DNA from: Chthoniobacterales bacterium
GTDB lineage: Bacteria > Verrucomicrobiota > Verrucomicrobiia > Chthoniobacterales > UBA10450
Length of the DNA: 54,373 bases
Assembly: GCA_045809945.1 (NCBI GenBank)
Contig: JBJMWW010000079.1
Location: 1 to 54,373 of the forward strand
Direction: 5' to 3'
Shown here piece after piece: positions 37,678 to 44,805 of the stretch (the stretch's first letter is position 1; each line of letters opens with the position of its first letter). Made by a program: the position numbers and the translations under genes. The notes under the pieces are model-generated. The model had not been told where the DNA came from and did no database searches. It saw nothing but the letters and a program-made list of their open reading frames with translations.

Positions 37678-37965
37678 TTACGACATGTGCTGGTTCACCA
37701 GCTTCGTCATCTCGAACATGCTCACCTGGCTCTTACCGCCGAAAACACGTTTCATGTTATCGTCGGCATTGATCTGGGTGCGCTGCTTCTTGTCCTGAAG
37801 ACCGTTTTTCTTGATGTAGTCCCAGACTTTTTTCGTGATCTCGCTGCGCGGCATCGCTTTGTTACCAACGATGGCGGCGAGCTTGTCGTCTGGCTGCATC
37901 GGTTTCATGAAAGCCGCATTCGGCTTACGTTTGGAAGTGCTCTTTTTCGCTGTGGTTTTCGGCAT
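37678..37965 (-). CDS. Stand-alone SWIB/MDM2 domain protein
   Basis: KPNAAFMKP...LAAIVG...PRSEITKKVWDYIKKNGLQD...INAD...VSMFEMTKLV. Confidence 0.93.
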   Translation of the reverse strand: MPKTTAKKSTSKRKPNAAFMKPMQPDDKLAAIVGNKAMPRSEITKKVWDYIKKNGLQDKKQRTQINADDNMKRVFGGKSQVSMFEMTKLVNQHMS

Positions 37966-38013
37966 AGAGGCTGATTAAACGCTCTCTCCCGCCACGGCAA
38001 TACTAAATTTTCT

Positions 38014-39171
38014 TCAACTCCGGCGCTGCACCGCCACCATCGCTACGTCGTCAGGCGCGTTGCCATCGTTCACACCGGTCTGCCCAAGCACGCGATTGAC
38101 CAGTTCCTGCGCACTTGGCGCAGGCGTTTGCAGCAATTCGGTTAACCGATCCGAAGCATCCCGCAGGTTCAAATCCTGGCGCGCGCCGTGCACGCCGTCG
38201 GTATAGAGCAGGAAAGCATCGCCCGGCGAAATCGTGACGGTCTTCGCAGTGAACTGCGAGTCCTCCAGTAGACCGAGCGGCGGACAACATGAGTTGATCG
38301 ACTCTACGGCACCGGCTTGTCGCGCGATAAGCAATGGCGGATGACCAGCACCGACAACGGTGGCCTCACCGCTCTGCGGTTCCAGCGCGACACACATCGC
38401 GGTCATAAATGAGCGCGCGCCAAAGATGCTGCGGAAATCGCTGTTCACCGCGCGCATGATGTCGGTCGGGCCGGCATTTTCGGTGGCGCCGTGCTGGAAA
38501 AGCAATTTCGCCAACGTGGTGAGCAGCGCGGCGGAGGCGCCGTGGCCTGTCGCATCCGCGATCCAGAAAAGCGTGCGGCCATCCACCATTCGCAGCCAAC
38601 CGTAAATGTCCCCGCCCACTTGAATCACGGGGCGATAGGCGGCTGCGACGTCCCAATCGCGAAGGTTCGGGGGCTTCTGCGGGATGAGCGACTGCTGCGT
38701 CAGGCGGGCAGCGGCCAGATCGCGCTCGAGGTTGTGGCGCCATGCCTCGAGCTCCATATTTTGCTGCTGCAACTGGTCGCGCATCGAACGCAAACGAAGC
38801 TGCGTCTCAATTCTCGCCCGAAGCACCGCTTGATTGATAGGCTTTGTCACGAAATCGTCCGCGCCTGCTTCGAGGCAAAGCACTTCGCTTTCTTCCCCGC
38901 CGTGGCCGGTGAGCATGATTGCGGGCAATTGCGCGATCTGCGGATCAGTGTCGGCCCGCAATTTCTTCAGGACTTCCGCGCCGTTCATACGCGGCATGTC
39001 GTAATCGAGCAGTAACAGCGATGGTGGATTTGCGCGCACAGCTTTCAAAGCCTGGATCCCATCGCCCGACTCTTCGCAGGCGTAGCCGCCGTTCGAAAGC
39101 GCGCGAACGAGCAGGCGCCGACTCATTGCGTCGTCATCAGTCACCAGGATTCGCTGCGGGTTTTTGCTCAC
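38014..39171 (-). CDS. Response regulator-PP2C (SpoIIE) phosphatase, RsbU/RsbY-like
   Basis: ILVTDDD...LLDYDMP...FVTKP; [23 protein letters not shown]. Confidence 0.92.
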   Translation of the reverse strand: MSKNPQRILVTDDDAMSRRLLVRALSNGGYACEESGDGIQALKAVRANPPSLLLLDYDMPRMNGAEVLKKLRADTDPQIAQLPAIMLTGHGGEESEVLCLEAGADDFVTKPINQAVLRARIETQLRLRSMRDQLQQQNMELEAWRHNLERDLAAARLTQQSLIPQKPPNLRDWDVAAAYRPVIQVGGDIYGWLRMVDGRTLFWIADATGHGASAALLTTLAKLLFQHGATENAGPTDIMRAVNSDFRSIFGARSFMTAMCVALEPQSGEATVVGAGHPPLLIARQAGAVESINSCCPPLGLLEDSQFTAKTVTISPGDAFLLYTDGVHGARQDLNLRDASDRLTELLQTPAPSAQELVNRVLGQTGVNDGNAPDDVAMVAVQRRS

Positions 39172-39296
39172 TTCAATTTGTGAATCGGAAACAGGTGGTC
39201 GCAGATTTGTATGTTTCGTCCGCGCAGGGGGTATTTAGGGTTTGTCACTTGCAGTGCAATGAATTACAAGCGAGACACATCCGTCGAATCCCCTTT

Positions 39297-39701
39297 ATGA
39301 AATTTCTCGCGCCGTTCGCTCTTGTTGCTGCTGCTCTGCTTTCTGCCTGCCAGGAAGAGCCGCCGGTTCGACCGACGCGTCCTCATCCTACGCGCTACCC
39401 GGCTGCGCCAGTCCAGGCAGAGTATCCGCCGGACCAGCAACCTTTCGAAGCTGGGCAACCGCCCGCGTCTACGACCGCGCCCGAAAGCGGAGTGTCGGAA
39501 AGCGCACCGGCGACGCAGCCCGCCGCCACCGCAAGCACCAAGGCCAAGGGCGATATTCCGTACGGGATTCCAGTTCCGAACAAGCCCGGTTTCGTGACCA
39601 GCCCTTACGCACCGAATCAGGGTTATGTCGACGTGCGCGGTTTTCCGCCGGGGACTGAAGTCAAAGACCCCTACACGAACAAAATCTTCCTCGTGCCGTA
39701 A
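39297..39701 (+). CDS. Lipoprotein with conserved C-terminal PVPxKPGFVxSPY...KIFxVP domain
   Basis: [18 protein letters not shown] lipobox; C-terminus homologous to 10479-10949. Confidence 0.8.
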   Translation: MKFLAPFALVAAALLSACQEEPPVRPTRPHPTRYPAAPVQAEYPPDQQPFEAGQPPASTTAPESGVSESAPATQPAATASTKAKGDIPYGIPVPNKPGFVTSPYAPNQGYVDVRGFPPGTEVKDPYTNKIFLVP

Positions 39702-39799
39702 CGCGCGGCGCGAATTCGCTTCCGCCCGTTCTGGACAAGGCGGACGAATAAAGGATGATTGACCTCCGGTCGCCGCGGCGACCGCGAACCACCGGCAAG

Positions 39800-41152
39800 A
39801 TGGATTTTCGCGTTAAACGGGCACCTCGAATCGAAGCGGAGATCTCTGTGCCGGGCGACAAGAGCATTTCTCATCGCGCGGTCATTCTTGCCTCACTCAC
39901 CAACGGCGTCTGCGTCATACGGGGATTTCTACCGAGCGAAGATTGCATGCACACCGTCAAAGCGATGCGTGCCCTCGGTATTAAAATCGAGCAGCCCGAG
40001 CCTGAGATGCTCATCGTTCACGGCGCGAAACGTCTGCTCAAACCGCCGACGGACGAGATAGACTGCGGAAACTCCGCGACCACAATGCGCTTGCTCGCAG
40101 GCCTGCTCGCGGCCCAACCGTTCGACAGCGTTCTTGTCGGCGGCGAAACACTTTCCAAGCGGCCGATGGAACGCGTCATCGAACCGCTGCAGAAAATGGG
40201 CGCCAACATCAGCGCGGAAGGTCCGAACAACACCGCGCCGATCAGGATTCGCGGCAGCAAACTGAAAGGCATCGAGTACAATTCGCCGGTCAGTAGCGCC
40301 CAGGTGAAGAGCGCGATCCTGCTTGCCGGGTTGTACGCCAAAGGCAGAACGACGGTGCGCGAGCCAGCGATCAGTCGCAATCACACCGAGCTGATGCTCG
40401 AATATTTCCTCGTGCGCACAGCGCGTGACGATGGTGCAGTCACGATGTTTCCAGATCAGGTCCCGGAATCGCGTGACTTCGATGTTCCCGGCGACATGTC
40501 CTCTGCGGCCTTCTGGCTCGTGGCGGCCGGCGCGCAACCCGGAGGCCATTTGCTCGTGCGCGACGTCGGTTTGAACGACACGCGCACGGCTGTTCTTGGC
40601 GTCCTCGTGCGGATGGGAGCGCAGGTCCGCGAAGCAGTGGACGATATTCAGCAGCACGAGCCGCGCGGCATTGTCGAAGTGACCGGCGCGCCGCTCAAAG
40701 CAACCGTTATACAAGGCAAGGAAGTGCCGCAGTTGATCGACGAACTACCTATTCTCGCCGTCGCCGGTGCGCTTGCTTCAGGGACGACAATTATCCGTCA
40801 GGCTTCAGAGCTGCGGATCAAGGAAACCGATCGAATCGCCGCCGTAGCGCATAACCTCCGCGCGATGGGAGCGCAGGTAATCGAGCTGAGCGACGGATTG
40901 GAAGTGCACGGCCGGGCGCCTTTGCGCGGCGCGCGCGTTCCGAGCTTTGGCGATCATCGGATTGCGATGGCTTTCGCTGTTGCTGGTCTTTTCGCCGACG
41001 GCGAAACGATCGTGCAGGACGTCGAGTGTGTGCGCGAATCCTACCCGACATTCGAGAGAGCCCTCGACGAGTTGGTGGATCCGAAGCGTGCTCGCGCGAC
41101 GACGCCGGTGATCAGCTCTCTCGCGCCGGTGCGCGACGACGACGAAGCGTAA
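39800..41152 (+). CDS. aroA: EPSP synthase
   Basis: PGDKSISHRA, DCGNSAT, KRPM, SAQVKSA, RNHTE, IDELP, LRIKETDR, DHRIAM. Confidence 0.97.
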   Translation: MDFRVKRAPRIEAEISVPGDKSISHRAVILASLTNGVCVIRGFLPSEDCMHTVKAMRALGIKIEQPEPEMLIVHGAKRLLKPPTDEIDCGNSATTMRLLAGLLAAQPFDSVLVGGETLSKRPMERVIEPLQKMGANISAEGPNNTAPIRIRGSKLKGIEYNSPVSSAQVKSAILLAGLYAKGRTTVREPAISRNHTELMLEYFLVRTARDDGAVTMFPDQVPESRDFDVPGDMSSAAFWLVAAGAQPGGHLLVRDVGLNDTRTAVLGVLVRMGAQVREAVDDIQQHEPRGIVEVTGAPLKATVIQGKEVPQLIDELPILAVAGALASGTTIIRQASELRIKETDRIAAVAHNLRAMGAQVIELSDGLEVHGRAPLRGARVPSFGDHRIAMAFAVAGLFADGETIVQDVECVRESYPTFERALDELVDPKRARATTPVISSLAPVRDDDEA

Positions 41153-41160
41153 CGCTTCGA

Positions 41161-41802
41161 ATGAGACACCGTGTCATCGCGATTGACGGTCCGGCTGCGT
41201 CGGGCAAAAGCAGTGTCGCACGCGCGCTAGCCGGGCGCCTTGGATTCGCCTATGTGAACTCCGGCGCGATGTACCGCGCGGCCACCTGGTATGTTCTGCA
41301 ACGCGGGGTCGATCCACGCGACGCGAGTCTGGTCGCCGCTGTCGCGGAGCGCGCGCGTATTGTTTGTGCAGTCAATTCAAAACAGTCGCAGATTGAAATC
41401 GACGGCATCGACCCGGCGGCGCACCTGCACGATGAAGCAGTCAACCAGTCGGTCTCGATCGTGAGCAGTGTGCCGCGGCTGCGCGAAATCCTGAGCGAAC
41501 GCATGCGCGCATTTAGCGACGAGCATGATCTGGTGATCGAAGGCCGCGACATCGGTTCGGTGGTTTTCCCTGACACGCCCTTTAAGTTTTACATCGACGC
41601 TTCGCCCGAGGTGCGGCTTCAGCGCCGCGCCGCGCAAGGATTCCTCGACGAAATCGCGGCGCGCGATCGCGCTGATTCATCGCGAGCTACCGCGCCGCTG
41701 GTGGTCGCGCGCGATGCCGAAGTAATCGATAGCTCTGCGTTGACGATCGACGGCGTGGTCGATGAAATCGTGCGGCGCCTGCAGGCGAAAGGGTTTCAGT
41801 AA
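41161..41802 (+). CDS. cmk: Cytidylate kinase
   Basis: IAIDGPAASGKS, SGAMYRA, EGRDIGSVVFPD. Confidence 0.96.
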   Translation: MRHRVIAIDGPAASGKSSVARALAGRLGFAYVNSGAMYRAATWYVLQRGVDPRDASLVAAVAERARIVCAVNSKQSQIEIDGIDPAAHLHDEAVNQSVSIVSSVPRLREILSERMRAFSDEHDLVIEGRDIGSVVFPDTPFKFYIDASPEVRLQRRAAQGFLDEIAARDRADSSRATAPLVVARDAEVIDSSALTIDGVVDEIVRRLQAKGFQ

Positions 41803-42440
41803 TGGCGCGAATCGGCGGCCACCAAATCAACGCGTGGTATTACTGCGTTTACTGGGCGGCACGGCTCGTTGCCCGCCTGCTTTTCCGGTTTCGCATGCTG
41901 CACCGGGAGCGAATGATTAATGAAGGGCCGGCGATTCTCGCCTCGAACCATCAGAGCTATCTCGATCCTCCGTTGGTCGGAAACGCCGCCAATCGCCCGA
42001 TCTTTTTTCTCGCCCGTAAAACATTGTTAGACGTGCCGGTGATCGGCCGGATTTTACCAAAGCTGAACGTCATTCCTGTCGATCAGGAAGGAAGCGACCG
42101 GAGCGCGTTAAAGGCGATCATTCGCGTTCTCAAGACGGGCGAAGCGGCGCTCGTTTTTCCGGAGGGTGCGCGCACGCTTGATGGCAATCTGCAACCTGCC
42201 CTTCCCGGAGTCGGCCTCGTCATAGCCAAAACGCTTGCCCCGGTTGTGCCGATGCGAATTTTCGGCGCGCATGAAGCGCTGCCGCGTGGCAGCAGCCGGC
42301 TGCGCCTGCGTCCCATCACAGTCGTAGTCGGCCAGCCGATTCGATTTACCGAGGCCGATCTTCAGCCGTCGGGCAAAGACTTGTATCAGCGTCTCAGCAA
42401 TCGCGTGATGGAAGCGATCGCGGCGCTCAAAGCGGAGTAG
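41802..42440 (+). CDS. plsC: 1-acyl-sn-glycerol-3-phosphate acyltransferase
   Basis: SNHQSYLDP and VFPEGAR; typical aroA-cmk-plsC order. Confidence 0.9.
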   Translation: MARIGGHQINAWYYCVYWAARLVARLLFRFRMLHRERMINEGPAILASNHQSYLDPPLVGNAANRPIFFLARKTLLDVPVIGRILPKLNVIPVDQEGSDRSALKAIIRVLKTGEAALVFPEGARTLDGNLQPALPGVGLVIAKTLAPVVPMRIFGAHEALPRGSSRLRLRPITVVVGQPIRFTEADLQPSGKDLYQRLSNRVMEAIAALKAE

Positions 42441-42443
42441 CCA

Positions 42444-42611
42444 ATGAGCGACAGAGTACCACGAGGTGCAGCCCAGTTGATGATCGCGATCCTCATCGTG
42501 TTCGCCCTCGTGGCAGTTTATGCAAACGTTCAACGCCTCCGTCGCGATAAGTTCGAGAAGGTCACAATCAAGTGGGTTTCGCCTAGCGCGACACCGACGC
42601 CGACCCGGTAA
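42444..42611 (+). CDS. 55-aa small membrane protein
   Basis: MSDRVPRGAAQLMIAILIVFALVAVYANVQRLRRDKFEKVTIKWVSPSATPTPTR*; starts 3 nt after the plsC stop; one TM helix. Confidence 0.65.
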   Translation: MSDRVPRGAAQLMIAILIVFALVAVYANVQRLRRDKFEKVTIKWVSPSATPTPTR

Positions 42612-42654
42612 TCTTTTGAATAGCAAACAGGCGGCAAAGTCTAAGATCACAACC

Positions 42655-44805
42655 ATGAAAAATTTACGGCGTTTGGTGTTCGCAGTCGCATTCCTCGTCC
42701 TTGCTGCATGCAACAAGCAGCAGAGCGAGGCCGAGCGTCAGGCGGAAGTTAATCGCGAGGTAGAACAGCGGGTCGCGGCCGAGCGCCAGACGCAGCAGCA
42801 ACAGGAGCTCGATCAGCGCGAAGCCGATTTGAAGGCACGCGAGCAAACGCTCGCCCTGCAACAGCAACAAACAGCGGAAGCGACCGCCACTCCGGAGGCG
42901 TCGGAGAGCGGGGAAAGCACCATCGCGACGACGGAGGAGCGCACGGAAGAAAGAGCCAGCCGTGAAAGACCCCGGACGATCCGGCGGCGTTCAACGCAAG
43001 AATACGGAATGTTTTATGAAAAGCTCGAACCGCACGGGGATTGGCTCGAGACAAGCGACTACGGCTACGTCTGGCAACCGCGAGCCGCCGAGCAGTCGCG
43101 CAACTGGCGGCCCTATAGCGACGGGCACTGGGTTTACACCGATGTCGGCTGGACGTGGGTCTCGGAAGAACCGTTTGGCTGGGCGACCTACCATTATGGG
43201 CGGTGGACGCGACTCCGTGGCGTGGGCTGGGTCTGGGTGCCGGGCCATGAGTGGGCGCCCGCATGGGTCTCGTGGCGTACCAGCAAACAGTATACAGGCT
43301 GGGCGCCATTGCCGCCCGAAGCCGAAATCACTAGCGGCGAGCAGATCGAGAATTGGGCCGACAGTTATTACGATATCGGTCCGGAGCAGTACGTTTTCGT
43401 CCCGACGAACGAAGTCGGCGGACGTCGCCTGACGACGGTTGCCGTGCCAGCCGAACGCAACGTGACGATCATCACCGAAACGCGAAACGTCACCAACATT
43501 ACCTACAACAATACCGTCGTGATCAACCAGGGGCCGAATTACGATCAGCTGCGCGCGGTCAGTGCCCAGCCAATCGAGCGCTACCGCCTGCAACGTGAGA
43601 CGATCGTGCAAGGCCAGCCGCAGCCGGTGGTGCGTGGCGAGGTGATCGCCTTTCCCGCTCCCACAACCGTGGCCATGCCCAATGTTCAGCGGCCGGCAGT
43701 GGTGAAGAGACAGATCGGCAACGCCGTAGTCGAAAATGGTTGGTCCGGAATTCCCGACAGAGCTGCCGCCGAACAGGCGCGCGCGAAAGTTATGGCCGAA
43801 GCAACCCCGCCGGCCAACGCGCCGGCAAAAGCGGCGGCGAACACCAGCACTGCCGCTGCGAGCGGTGCCCCAAGTGCTACAGCCTCGCCGCATCCGAGTA
43901 CGACCGCGACCGTGCCGGCTGCTACTGCTACACCGCGAGTTACTGCTACACCGCGAGCTACTGCTACACCGCGTCCATCAATGACGCCGGCCGCCAGCCC
44001 GACGCCATCACCTGCACGGAGCGCGTCTCCGTCAGCGACGCCGCGCGCCACCGCTTCTCATCCCGCATTCTCGCCGCGGCCGACGAGCACACCGATATCG
44101 AGTGCGCCGGCCCTAACCGCGATCCCCACTGCAACACCGCCGACCGTCAGTTCGCCGGCAGCGACGCGGCCGATGCCTCCGGTGGTAAAACCGAGTGCAA
44201 CGCCGCCATCGACGGTCACCGAGCACGCAGTGACTTCACCGCCGCCGAAGCTGTCGCCTCCGCCGGCCGGCGCAGCGCGGGAGGTAAATTCGCCACCGCC
44301 ACATCCGACCGCGACGATCTCGCCGCGACTTCCACACACCCCGGTGATCGAAGCGACTGCGCCGCCAACCCATTCGCCGGCAGCGCCAGCGCGCCCACCG
44401 GCGACAGCGAAGCCTTCGCAATCACCGGACAACGATACAGCGCGCGCGGCGAAGAGACCTGAAACTGCGCAGCCCACACCGCCTGCAGTTCATGCGGCAG
44501 CTACCCCTCTTGCGCAAAAACCGCGCGTCAATCCTGCGCAGCCGGCGGCCGAGAAGTCCCCGGCGGTGCCCACGACGGCGGCGAATCCGCGCCCGGAACA
44601 TATCGAGCGGCCGCCTGCAACTGTTGCGAGTCCACCGCGTCCAGTGCCATCGGCCGCCGAACGTCCTGCATTAACGCCAAAGCCAGCGACGCCGGCGCCA
44701 GTGGCGACCGCGCCTGCCCATCCAGTCCACCAGCCGCCCAACGCGGCACCACCTCACAAGCCACAGGCGTCACCGAGTCCCAGCGCGTCGGTCGCGGAGC
44801 AATAG
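42655..44805 (+). CDS. Lipoprotein: coiled coil + Trp-rich DUF6600-like domain + long Pro/Ala/Thr-rich tail
   Basis: Lipobox LAAC; FYEKLEPHGDW...YGYVWQP...WRPYSDGHW...GWTWVSEEPFGWATYHYGRW...WAPAWVSWR...GWAPLPP. Confidence 0.8.
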   Translation: MKNLRRLVFAVAFLVLAACNKQQSEAERQAEVNREVEQRVAAERQTQQQQELDQREADLKAREQTLALQQQQTAEATATPEASESGESTIATTEERTEERASRERPRTIRRRSTQEYGMFYEKLEPHGDWLETSDYGYVWQPRAAEQSRNWRPYSDGHWVYTDVGWTWVSEEPFGWATYHYGRWTRLRGVGWVWVPGHEWAPAWVSWRTSKQYTGWAPLPPEAEITSGEQIENWADSYYDIGPEQYVFVPTNEVGGRRLTTVAVPAERNVTIITETRNVTNITYNNTVVINQGPNYDQLRAVSAQPIERYRLQRETIVQGQPQPVVRGEVIAFPAPTTVAMPNVQRPAVVKRQIGNAVVENGWSGIPDRAAAEQARAKVMAEATPPANAPAKAAANTSTAAASGAPSATASPHPSTTATVPAATATPRVTATPRATATPRPSMTPAASPTPSPARSASPSATPRATASHPAFSPRPTSTPISSAPALTAIPTATPPTVSSPAATRPMPPVVKPSATPPSTVTEHAVTSPPPKLSPPPAGAAREVNSPPPHPTATISPRLPHTPVIEATAPPTHSPAAPARPPATAKPSQSPDNDTARAAKRPETAQPTPPAVHAAATPLAQKPRVNPAQPAAEKSPAVPTTAANPRPEHIERPPATVASPPRPVPSAAERPALTPKPATPAPVATAPAHPVHQPPNAAPPHKPQASPSPSASVAEQ
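43921..43974 (+). repeat. 3 x 18-bp coding tandem repeat (xTATPR)
   Basis: GCTACTGCTACACCGCGA GTTACTGCTACACCGCGA GCTACTGCTACACCGCGT. Confidence 0.9.

Noticed and set aside
43921-43974. Direct repeats as a possible CRISPR array
   Set aside because: Contiguous 18-bp in-frame units with no spacers and no cas genes.
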